Assembly (NCBI RefSeq): GCF_042665295.1
Contig: NZ_JBHTCO010000003.1
Coordinates: 80,298 to 112,297, forward strand
DNA from: Scopulibacillus cellulosilyticus
GTDB taxonomy: Bacteria; Bacillota; Bacilli; Bacillales; Sporolactobacillaceae
DNA: 32,000 nucleotides
Direction: 5' to 3'
The notes beneath the pieces are model-generated. The model had not been told where the DNA came from. It was given only the letters and a program-made list of their open reading frames with translations, and made no database searches. Of the stretch, positions 1 through 8,033 are shown in pieces; the stretch's first letter is position 1; each line of letters opens with the position of its first letter. Made by a program: the position numbers and the translations under genes.

Positions 1-320
1 TGATCAGCCGGAAATATAAATGTCCAAGGCATACTTGTATAAGGCGGCACATCAAGGTCATAATCCGCAAAATAGTATTCAGCCACTTTACAGCTCTTTT
101 CATAATACAAAAGAGTAAATGGCAAAGACACCCGCTTGCCGGTCCGATTTTCAATTAAAACCGAAGCTAGAATATCCTGTTGGTAGTTCCTGGCGACCCG
201 AATATTTTGAAGAGCTAAATCTTCTTTCCCCCGGCTTTGATGAAAAATCTCTTCTATTAAAATGCGATCTTCTTTGGATAAAGCCTTCTCCCATTTTTCA
301 TGAAACAATAATTGCTGCAT
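1..320 (-). CDS. small hypothetical protein, C-terminus cut by the window edge (resembles Bacillus 'SLAP domain' small proteins; name from memory)
   Basis: My own reverse-strand translation starts at ATG 320..318 and gives MQQLLFHEKWEKALSKEDRILIEEIFHQSRGKEDLALQNIRVARNYQQDILASVLIENRTGKRVSLPFTLLYYEKSCKVAEYYFADYDLDVPPYTSMPWTFIFPAD. It stays open to position 1. It is missing from the ORF track only because it is edge-truncated. Confidence 0.55.
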   Translation of the reverse strand, partial: MQQLLFHEKWEKALSKEDRILIEEIFHQSRGKEDLALQNIRVARNYQQDILASVLIENRTGKRVSLPFTLLYYEKSCKVAEYYFADYDLDVPPYTSMPWTFIFPAD

Positions 321-391
321 GTTATACCCACTGCTCTCTTATTTTAAAAATTTAAGACCAGCCGGTAAGCTAGTCCCATATGAGTTTAAAA

Positions 392-1099
392 TCAGTGATT
401 TTCTTGAAGTTTATGATGCTTTTTCTTTCCTTGCGCTCTTTTCGACTTCTTTCTCTTATTGATAAGCAATCCAGCGATAACAACAATGACTGCCAGAACC
501 AGTTCAAGAATCTTATCAAAAGGGAACCCTTGATTAACAAACCATTGATCAATCGCTTTATCCCCTAAGATCATCTCTCCTGCAGTATAACCAAGTAATG
601 CCGAGCCAATGATAACGATGATTGGAAAACGATTCATCAGTTTCATGAGAAGCTTACTGCCCCAAACAATTAATGGAATGCTGACGGCTAACCCGACGAT
701 AATAAGAAAAATATTATTATGAGCCGCGCCTGCTACAGCGACAACATTATCTAAGCTCATTACTAAATCGGCAACTATAATTGTACGGATCGCCGCCAAT
801 ATATTTGAACTTGCTTTTAGATCAGTATCTTCCTCTTCAATTAACAGAGTAATGGCAATATAAATCAATAAAATTCCGCCAATAATCTTAACAAATGGAA
901 TTTGCAGCAGCCATACAGCAATAAAAGTAAGGATGATTCTTAAAATAATAGCGCCAAAGCTTCCCCAAAAAATCGCTTTATTTTGCTGATTATTCGGCAG
1001 ATTACGGCAAGCTAATGCAATAACAACCGCATTATCACCGCTTAATACGATATTTATTAGAATAATCTCCAATAAACCAATGATAAATGAGCCGATCAA
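392..1099 (-). CDS. TerC family integral membrane protein (YjbE-like)
   Basis: 235 aa. TTG start with an AGGAGA SD about 7 nt upstream. Duplicated TerC signature LSGDNAVVIALA / MSLDNVVAVAGAA. Polytopic with a Lys-rich tail. Confidence 0.85.
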   Translation of the reverse strand: MIGSFIIGLLEIILINIVLSGDNAVVIALACRNLPNNQQNKAIFWGSFGAIILRIILTFIAVWLLQIPFVKIIGGILLIYIAITLLIEEEDTDLKASSNILAAIRTIIVADLVMSLDNVVAVAGAAHNNIFLIIVGLAVSIPLIVWGSKLLMKLMNRFPIIVIIGSALLGYTAGEMILGDKAIDQWFVNQGFPFDKILELVLAVIVVIAGLLINKRKKSKRAQGKKKHHKLQENH

Positions 1100-1202
1100 A
1101 TGATAACATCTCCTATTATAATATCTTTTCTAAAGTATACCCCCATTACCTGTCTTATTCAAATAGATCCTATAGAAAATTTGCCGATTGACATAGTGTT
1201 AC

Positions 1203-1231
1203 AAAAAAAACGCCTGACGAAGGTCAGACGC
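1203..1231 (-). terminator. Rho-independent terminator after the dehydrogenase gene
   Basis: Minus strand reads CGTCTGAC-CTTC-GTCAGGCG, an 8-bp stem with one G.U pair, followed by T8. Confidence 0.8.
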
Positions 1232-1240
1232 TTTAATTTG

Positions 1241-2107
1241 CTATTGGTATAATTTATATAATGCTTGCGTACCGCTGTCTTCTTCACCTGTATCCGCAAG
1301 TTTTTCATAAAGGGATTTTGCAAGTTCAAGTCCAGGCGTCATAAGGCCCATTTCCTCCGCTGATTCTAAAGCGATGGTCATATCTTTAATAAGGTGTTTG
1401 ACATAAAATCCCGGAGCAAAGTCACCTTTCAACATTCTTGGACCAAGGTTTGACAATGACCAGCTGCCAGCCGCGCCTCTGGTGATGCTTTTTAACACTT
1501 GATCTTCATCCAGCCCTGCCTTTTTAGCATAAACCAATGCTTCGCAAACACCTATCATATTAGAAGCTACTGTTATCTGGTTACACATTTTTGTATGCTG
1601 GCCTGCTCCTGCTTGACCTTGATAAACAATATTCTCGCCAATCACTTTAAACATTGGCAGCATCTCATCAAAATCTGCTTTATCACCGCCAACCATAATA
1701 GATAATGTTCCTTGCTCTGCGCCGATGTCACCGCCGGAAACAGGTGCATCCAAGGCATGAATCCCTTTTTTCTTCGCTTCCTGATATATTTTCTCAGCAA
1801 GTTTCGGTGAAGAGGTTGTCATATCAATGACAAAGCTTCCCGGTTTTGCATGCGCTAAGACGCCATTATCAAAGTAAACTTCTTCAACATCTTTAGGATA
1901 GCCGACCATTGTGATCATAATATCAGATGCTTCTGTAACAGCCTGTACGGTATCAAACCACTCCGCGCCCTTGTCTACTAAGGACTTTGCCTTTTCTTTC
2001 GTGCGGTTATAGACATTCACATGAAAACCTGCCGATAATAGCTGGTTTGCCATACCTCTTCCCATCACACCTGTTCCGATAAAACCTATCTTTGTATGAT
2101 GATTCAA
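1241..2107 (-). CDS. NAD(P)-dependent beta-hydroxyacid dehydrogenase (3-hydroxyisobutyrate / 6-phosphogluconate dehydrogenase family, YkwC-like)
   Basis: N-terminal Rossmann motif KIGFIGTGVMG and a family-typical length. I prefer the TTG at 2107 (GGAGGGGA SD 5 nt upstream) to the track ATG at 2122, which lies inside that SD. Confidence 0.85.
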   Translation of the reverse strand: MNHHTKIGFIGTGVMGRGMANQLLSAGFHVNVYNRTKEKAKSLVDKGAEWFDTVQAVTEASDIMITMVGYPKDVEEVYFDNGVLAHAKPGSFVIDMTTSSPKLAEKIYQEAKKKGIHALDAPVSGGDIGAEQGTLSIMVGGDKADFDEMLPMFKVIGENIVYQGQAGAGQHTKMCNQITVASNMIGVCEALVYAKKAGLDEDQVLKSITRGAAGSWSLSNLGPRMLKGDFAPGFYVKHLIKDMTIALESAEEMGLMTPGLELAKSLYEKLADTGEEDSGTQALYKLYQ

Positions 2108-2168
2108 AAAGATCCCCTCCATTTTCTATCATTAGATATATAAGGAACTTCTTTTCTTCATCTTGCCA

Positions 2169-3644
2169 TTAAACATACTCATCTGGATCAATCTTACACT
2201 CTTTTAACGGAATCACTTTTGTTTTCTTAACTATTTTATAACCAAACCATAACACGAGAAAGAGCGGAATACCAAGATAAGCGACAACGAGGCTCATCCA
2301 ATCTATATGGCTTCCAAGGAAGGCTTGGTAGTCTTGTGCAAGTATAACGATTAAACAGACAAGGAATCCAAATATCGGTCCAAAAGGATACCATTTTGCT
2401 CTGTATGGCAGATCTTTAACATTATATCCTTGAGCGACATAAGCCTTACGGAAACGATAATGGCTGACCGCAATACCAATCCAGAAAATAAATCCTGTAA
2501 CCCCTGCGGCATTTAACAGCCAATTATAAATCGCGCCGTCTCCAAATATAGAAGCCAAGAAAGCAAGCGCCCCGACAATAGCTGTAGCTATTAACGACCA
2601 AACAGGTACGCCGCGTTTATTTAACTTTGCGAATATCTTCGGTGCCTGACCGTCTTTCGCCATCGCGTACAGCATACGGGTCGAAGCGTAAAGACTGGAG
2701 TTGCCGGCTGACAGTACCGCGGTTAAAATAACAGCGTTCATGACTGAAGCGGCAAAGGCAAGCCCTGCTTTCTTAAATACTAAAGTAAATGGACTGACCA
2801 TAATATTTTGGCTCATTAAGCTATGAGTCGTATATGGAATGATCATGCCTATAACGAAAATCGCAAAAATATAAAAGAGCAGAATCCGCCAGAAGACGCT
2901 GCGAATCGCGCGCGGGATATTTTTTCTTGGATTTTCACTCTCTCCTGCCGCAACACCTACTATTTCTGTACCTTGGAAGGAAAATCCTGCCGCCAAGAAG
3001 ATCGCAAATACAGCTGAAGCTCCCCCGTGGAACGGCGCATCACCGACAGTAAAATTCTTAAAGCCTGCGGCATGTCCATTCATAATACCAAAAATCATTA
3101 ATAAACCAACAATAATAAATATAATAACGGTCGCTACTTTAATAAAAGCAAACCAGTATTCACCTTCACCATATCCTCTTACGGAAAGGTAATTGATAGC
3201 AAACATGATGACTAAAAATAATGCACTCCATAATAGAGACGGGCTGTGCGGAAACCAAAACTTCATAACGAGTGCAGCAGCAGACAATTCGGTAGCTAAA
3301 GTTATTGCCCAGCTGTACCAATAATTCCAGCCAAGCGCAAATCCGAGCGCCGGATCGATAAACCTCGTCGCATACGTGCTGAATGAGCCGCTCGTCGGCA
3401 TAAATGCTGCCAATTCTCCTAAGCTTGTCATAATGAAATAAACCATAATACCGATAATAATATATGCTAATAACGCGCCTCCGGGACCTGCGGTGTGAAT
3501 AGCTGTGCCGCTTCCGAGAAACAGTCCTGTACCAATTGAGCCGCCTAAAGAAATCATTGTCAGATGTCGGGCTTTCAACCCTCTCTTCAGGTCAGCCGAA
3601 TGAGCGGATTGTGCGTTTATTGATTGCTTAGATTGTTTCGTCAT
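2169..3644 (-). CDS. APC-family basic amino acid permease, LysP-like paralogue (T-box controlled; possibly arginine)
   Basis: Core motifs LKRGLKARHLTMISLGGSIGTGLF and MPTSGSFSTYATR match LysP-type permeases. About 12 TM segments. Start moved to ATG 3644 (AAGGGGTGA SD upstream). Preceded by a T-box leader. Confidence 0.85.
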   Translation of the reverse strand: MTKQSKQSINAQSAHSADLKRGLKARHLTMISLGGSIGTGLFLGSGTAIHTAGPGGALLAYIIIGIMVYFIMTSLGELAAFMPTSGSFSTYATRFIDPALGFALGWNYWYSWAITLATELSAAALVMKFWFPHSPSLLWSALFLVIMFAINYLSVRGYGEGEYWFAFIKVATVIIFIIVGLLMIFGIMNGHAAGFKNFTVGDAPFHGGASAVFAIFLAAGFSFQGTEIVGVAAGESENPRKNIPRAIRSVFWRILLFYIFAIFVIGMIIPYTTHSLMSQNIMVSPFTLVFKKAGLAFAASVMNAVILTAVLSAGNSSLYASTRMLYAMAKDGQAPKIFAKLNKRGVPVWSLIATAIVGALAFLASIFGDGAIYNWLLNAAGVTGFIFWIGIAVSHYRFRKAYVAQGYNVKDLPYRAKWYPFGPIFGFLVCLIVILAQDYQAFLGSHIDWMSLVVAYLGIPLFLVLWFGYKIVKKTKVIPLKECKIDPDEYV

Positions 3645-3733
3645 ACCTTTCACCCCTTTTCAAAAGCATTTATGATGTGTTTGAAAATATTTTGTAATTT
3701 TTCAATTATTATAATAACCTATAATAACTAAAT

Positions 3734-3970
3734 AAAAAAGCCCGCCTCTTAATCAAGAGACGGACTTTTTCCGCGGTACCACTCTAATAGTTCTTCAATT
3801 GAAGAACCTCTTATATCTGATAACGGGATGCCCCGGCAAATTCTAGTAAACATCATGATGTCGTTCAAACAGCTTCTCGAAAGTGCGGTTCATTATTTTC
3901 TAGCGCCAGGCTTCCACCATTCCCCGGCTCGCTATTGCATCAAAAATAACTACTCTCTTTGTCATCGAAT
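3734..3970 (-). promoter_or_regulatory. T-box riboswitch leader with terminator
   Basis: Minus strand shows stem I GATGACAAAGAGAGTA, AGCGA, distal loop GGTGGAA and specifier loop GAA-C-CGC-A. It also shows the F-box CCGTTA, stem III GTTCTTCAATTGAAGAAC and the T-box AGAGTGGTACCGCGG. The terminator is CCGTCTCTT-GATT-AAGAGGCGG followed by a T-run. Confidence 0.9.
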
Positions 3971-3999
3971 GATATTCTAAGTTGTTTAAGATATTTAAA

Positions 4000-4027
4000 A
4001 GTATAAAACAAATTACTTTTTTGTCAA
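4000..4027 (-). promoter_or_regulatory. sigA-type promoter for the T-box leader
   Basis: Minus strand has TTGACA (4027..4022), a 16-nt spacer and TATACT (4005..4000). It lies directly after the stop of the upstream permease with no intervening terminator. Confidence 0.5.
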
Positions 4028-4058
4028 CTGATTATCAGATGTAAAATATCGCCATTAC

Positions 4059-5519
4059 TTAGTCTATCTTCCTATCAAAGTCGCATTGCTTAAGGGGAAT
4101 CACTTTTGTCTTTTTAATAAACTTATATCCGAGCCAAACTATTAAGAAGATCGGAATGCCAATATAGGACACAAATAACCCGTTCCAATCGATATGTCCG
4201 CCGAGAAAGGCACTATAATTCTGCCCGATAACAACAATCATACAGACGATAAATGCAAATATCGGACCAAACGGAAACCATTTTGCACGATACGGCAAAT
4301 CATTGAGATCCCGCCCCTGGGCAACATAAGCTCTACGGAAACGATAATGGCAGACTGCAATGCCAAGCCAAGCGATAAATCCCGATAACCCGGAAATATT
4401 TAAGAGCCATGTATAAACAATACCGTCTCCGAAAATCGATGCAAGAAAAGCAAACGCACCAATTAAGGCCGTAATAATAAGCGCCCAAATCGGCACACCG
4501 CGTTTATTAACTTTTGTTAAAAAGCGGGGTGCTTTTCCCTCTTTGGCCAGTGCATAAAGCATACGTGTTGATGCATATAATCCAGAGTTACCGGAAGATA
4601 AAACAGCCGTTAAAATAACTGCGTTCATCACAGATGCCGCAAAAGCGAGTCCCGCCTTTTTAAAGACAAGCGTGAACGGACTGACCATAACACTTTCGCT
4701 TGCTAAGCTTTTATTTGTGTAAGGAATAATTAAACTAATCACTAAGATCGCTAATACGTAAAACAATAGAATGCGCCAAAAAACACTTTTCATCGCGCGG
4801 GGAACGGTTTTTTCAGGGTCATCACTTTCACCGGCGCTGACACCCAAAAGCTCGGTTCCTTGGAAAGAGAATCCAGCCGCTAAGAAAATGCCGAAAGTCG
4901 CAAGGATCCCGCCATGAAAAGGCGCATCTCCAATTGTAAAGTTTTTAAACCCTACTGTATTGCTGTGAAAGATACCCAGTATCATTAAAATACCGACAAT
5001 AAGAAAGATGATAACCGTGGCAACTTTAATAAAGGCAAACCAATACTCAGACTCACCATAAGATTTTACGGATAAAAAATTAAGAAGAAAAATAATAACT
5101 AAAAACAAAGCACTCCAAAACAATGATGAGCTGTGAGGAAACCAAAATTTCATGACAAGTGTCGCTGCAGAAAGTTCAGCTGCAATCGTAATTGCCCAGT
5201 TAAACCAATAATTCCAGCCTAAAGCAAATCCGAAAGCCGGATCGACATACCTGGTAGCATAAGTGCTGAATGAACCGCTCGTCGGCATGTAAGCCGCAAG
5301 TTCCCCCAGACTGGTCATTAGAAAGAATACCATTATACCAATAATTAGATAAGCTGCAAGCGCCCCGCCTGGTCCGGCCGAATGAATCGACCCGCCGCTG
5401 GCTAGGAAAATACCGGTACCGAGCGCTCCGCCTAACGAAATCATCGTTAAGTGGCGCGACTTAAGGCCTCTCTTTAACTCATTTGAATTATTTTCAGGCT
5501 GATTGTCATCCATTATCAT
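4059..5519 (-). CDS. lysP: lysine-specific APC permease (LysP-like), L-box controlled
   Basis: Close paralogue of 2169..3644 (LKRGLKSRHLTMISLGG, MPTSGSFSTYATR, C-terminal KKTKVIPLK). Start moved to ATG 5519 (MIMDDNQ) behind the AAAGGAGA SD. The track's N-terminal extension MFPGLFEHPLKGKG is translation of a repeat element. Confidence 0.85.
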   Translation of the reverse strand: MIMDDNQPENNSNELKRGLKSRHLTMISLGGALGTGIFLASGGSIHSAGPGGALAAYLIIGIMVFFLMTSLGELAAYMPTSGSFSTYATRYVDPAFGFALGWNYWFNWAITIAAELSAATLVMKFWFPHSSSLFWSALFLVIIFLLNFLSVKSYGESEYWFAFIKVATVIIFLIVGILMILGIFHSNTVGFKNFTIGDAPFHGGILATFGIFLAAGFSFQGTELLGVSAGESDDPEKTVPRAMKSVFWRILLFYVLAILVISLIIPYTNKSLASESVMVSPFTLVFKKAGLAFAASVMNAVILTAVLSSGNSGLYASTRMLYALAKEGKAPRFLTKVNKRGVPIWALIITALIGAFAFLASIFGDGIVYTWLLNISGLSGFIAWLGIAVCHYRFRRAYVAQGRDLNDLPYRAKWFPFGPIFAFIVCMIVVIGQNYSAFLGGHIDWNGLFVSYIGIPIFLIVWLGYKFIKKTKVIPLKQCDFDRKID

Positions 5520-5546
5520 TATCAAATCTCCTTTTCCTTTTAGAGG

Positions 5547-5593
5547 ATGTTCAAAAAGTCCGGGAAACATGTCCTCCCTTTTGAACTCACACT
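5547..5593 (-). repeat. mini copy (A) of the hairpin/TIR repeat family
   Basis: Minus strand reads AGTGTGAGTTCAAAAGGGAGGACA-TG-TTTCCCGGACTTTTTGAACATC. This equals the left and right arms of copies B and C joined without the core. Confidence 0.75.
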
Positions 5594-5616
5594 TTTAGAA
5601 TGGGAAGGAGAAGGGT

Positions 5617-5856
5617 AAAAAAATACCGTCGAAAGAAGCTCTCGACGGCATTAAGAAGCCCTCATCATACCTTCCATCGATAGCTCAACACGCAAGGATT
5701 ACTCACGTGACAGTTCTGCCCCTATTCGGAAACAGCCCCAGCCCGTCCAGTAAGAGAAACCTGAATGAACTTCGGCGATTTTTCCTTTCATGCAAACTCT
5801 TAAACTTCTCTTAGTCTCCTCTGCATTACTGATAAAAACCGCGACCTCTACCTCAC
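5617..5856 (-). promoter_or_regulatory. lysine riboswitch (L-box) with terminator
   Basis: Minus strand reads GGTAGAGGTCGCGG..ATCAGTAATGCAGAGGAG..GAAAGGAAAAATCGCCGAAG..TGGACGGGCTGGGG..GGGGCAGAACTGTCACG. This matches the conserved L-box blocks as in B. subtilis lysC. The terminator is CCGTCGA-N9-TCGACGG followed by TATTTTTTT. Confidence 0.9.
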
Positions 5857-6446
5857 CTAACTTAACTTATATGATGAGGATTTTGTGTCTATTCAATTAA
5901 AATTTCATTGTATATGACAATATTTAAATTGGCAATGGTATATGGTACGCTGGCAATAAAATAGTTCGATAGGCGGTTTTCAGCTGCTGCTTATTGACCT
6001 CTGTCTAATTTAACCAGTGATATATCCAGATTATTAATATAAGACTTTTTATATATAATAACATATGGCGATATGTTAATAAAAGAGATTTAGTAAAAAG
6101 GTTTATGTTTCCAAGAAAACAAGCTTGTAAGTTTGTTATGATGACAAGCGTTGTTAAGATAGAAATTACAAAACCTTGGTTTTATTATACCTAATTCAAA
6201 ATAGTCTTCGAAAATCCTTTTATTTTCCCCAAATATGAAAATGATAAACCTTTTTAATTTAAAAAAATTAAAAACCATTCTATCAGTATTTTTTTACTTA
6301 TTTAATATGCTCAGTTAAGTAGTCAATAGGGATTTCAAATTAAAGAAGAAAGACAAACCTTTTCTTTCTTGTAAGATATTCTAACATTAAAATATAATAA
6401 AGTTTAAAAAAGTCAAGGATTTAATCTTTTAAAAGGGGGACCTTTT

Positions 6447-7457
6447 GTGAATTTTGTTGAAATAGAATTTTTGTTTTTGGCTACAATGGCAATATTATAT
6501 AGTCTTTTTTCAATTTTTGTAAGTCTCTTACTGTATATAAAAAAACAAATTGCCTTAAATAAATTTAATTTTAAGAGGAGTTTTTTTAATTGGATTGATG
6601 ACTTTAAAAGTTCAATTAAAAGGGGTAGAGAGGTACTTAATGCAATTAAATTAAGCAATAAATATCGTAATAAAATTTTTAATAGTATTTTTGTACTTAG
6701 TACCTTATCTAAAACAAAATGGCGATTAGTCATTTATGGATTATCCTTTGGAACAGTAGTTTTCTTTGCCACTTTTGGGCTTTATTTAAATAGAATGCCC
6801 TTAGCTTTAAGAATATTAATTATTATAATGATTATTATTCTAGCTTATGGTTTTGGAGAATACATAAGTGCTCCATTTTTAAAAGTTTCAACTGTAAAGT
6901 CAAACAAATTCCCAAACAAAATTCATAAGATTTTTACTGTCATATTTTCAAACTATATAAAACTATGCCTTCTGGCTTTATTTTGTATTACTATTCTTGA
7001 AGTTAATATTGAAAATAACGGGGGTAATTTATTTTCTTTATTAATTACTGTAATCCTTACAACAATTTATTCTTGTTTATATTTAAAATTTGCAATTGAT
7101 AGCACCAGGAATTGGTTATTTCATATAATAATCTTTTTATTTATGATCTGTTGGGTTTTCTTCATAATTGGGGTGGCTTTTGGTTCATATTATTTAGAAC
7201 ATAATGATGTTTTCAATATGTTCTCTTCGAAGGAAGTAATTTTACTAAACCATAACTTCAAATGGAAACATCTGTATTATATGATAAGCATGGGTTTAAC
7301 ACCTTTATTCTCTTTACAATCTAAATTTAATATACAGAATCCATTAACGTTAATTACTTTGCTAGAGTACTTATTAGGATATATATTTACAGCCATATTT
7401 GTAGGCTTTTTTGTATCATATTTCTCGACAAAATTTAATGAAAAACTAAAAAGGTAA
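6447..7457 (+). CDS. orphan polytopic membrane protein of unknown function in an AT-rich islet
   Basis: 336 aa. GTG start with an AAGGGGGA SD 6 nt upstream. Lys-rich soluble stretch (residues ~30-90) followed by about 7-8 hydrophobic segments. I recognise no family motif. Confidence 0.6.
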   Translation: MNFVEIEFLFLATMAILYSLFSIFVSLLLYIKKQIALNKFNFKRSFFNWIDDFKSSIKRGREVLNAIKLSNKYRNKIFNSIFVLSTLSKTKWRLVIYGLSFGTVVFFATFGLYLNRMPLALRILIIIMIIILAYGFGEYISAPFLKVSTVKSNKFPNKIHKIFTVIFSNYIKLCLLALFCITILEVNIENNGGNLFSLLITVILTTIYSCLYLKFAIDSTRNWLFHIIIFLFMICWVFFIIGVAFGSYYLEHNDVFNMFSSKEVILLNHNFKWKHLYYMISMGLTPLFSLQSKFNIQNPLTLITLLEYLLGYIFTAIFVGFFVSYFSTKFNEKLKR

Positions 7458-7522
7458 ACGGACATTAAGTAATAAATGAGTTTCAATGTGAATTTTTTAT
7501 TAAAATTTAATTCTCATATATA

Positions 7523-7546
7523 AGCCTCCCATTCTAACGGGAGGCT
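7523..7546. terminator. GC-rich hairpin between convergent genes (terminator-like, no clean T-run)
   Basis: AGCCTCCC-ATTCTAAC-GGGAGGCT, an 8-bp perfect stem. Confidence 0.4.
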
Positions 7547-7555
7547 ATACAGAGT

Positions 7556-7918
7556 TTACATCGAAGTATCTTTTGACTTGTTTCTTGACATACTTGCTGA
7601 TTTGAAGCCGGCGAACAATAAGACAGCCGCAATGATTAAATGCAGAACCGTGTCTGCCGGAAGCAGCATCATACCCATAATATTTTGGGTAAATAAACCC
7701 GCCAAAAACATTAGCGAGTAGATAGCTCCGAATACTTTCGCGCATAATGAGCTGCGCGCTTCATTACTGCTGCTAAGCAGCATCACAATGCCGGAAATAA
7801 GATGCACCATATTGTGATTCATCGTTAATGAGAAAAACCCTTCAAACGGCACAAAGTATCCGACTATTCCTATGACAAGAAAAATAAAGCCTAGTAAACG
7901 CACTGTATGCTTTGCCAT
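7556..7918 (-). CDS. DUF4383-like small membrane protein
   Basis: 120 aa with four hydrophobic segments. The NHNMVHLISGIVML motif is typical of DUF4383 (assignment from memory). Confidence 0.65.
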   Translation of the reverse strand: MAKHTVRLLGFIFLVIGIVGYFVPFEGFFSLTMNHNMVHLISGIVMLLSSSNEARSSLCAKVFGAIYSLMFLAGLFTQNIMGMMLLPADTVLHLIIAAVLLFAGFKSASMSRNKSKDTSM

Positions 7919-8033
7919 AAAACTTTCACCTCTTTAAAAAAGATTGCTAAATTTAATTTCACGATAACAATCCTTTCCAATTAAGGCGCATTTTATACTG
8001 TTATAATGCGTTGATTTATACTACTAGTTTACT

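Noticed and set aside
119-355. Track ORF (+, 78 aa)
   Set aside because: The opposite strand carries a longer open frame to the window edge with a protein-like sequence and a start at 320. The + ORF has no SD and an odd composition.
1100-1240. Looked for a yybP-ykoY (Mn2+) riboswitch upstream of the TerC gene
   Set aside because: The spacer holds only the upstream gene's terminator, a promoter-like TTGAAT...TATACT and the SD. It is too short and has no conserved riboswitch blocks.
3855-3880. CTGTTTGAAC inside the T-box leader, identical to 10 nt of the repeat's right arm
   Set aside because: It lies in the normal linker after stem I of an otherwise complete T-box, and no flanking arm sequence is present. 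I treated it as coincidence.
6090-6733. Track ORFs 6090..6278 (-) and 6413..6733 (-) in the AT-rich islet
   Set aside because: Neither has an SD, both have low-complexity Lys/Leu/Ile/Phe composition as expected from AT-rich DNA, and the second overlaps the better-supported + gene.
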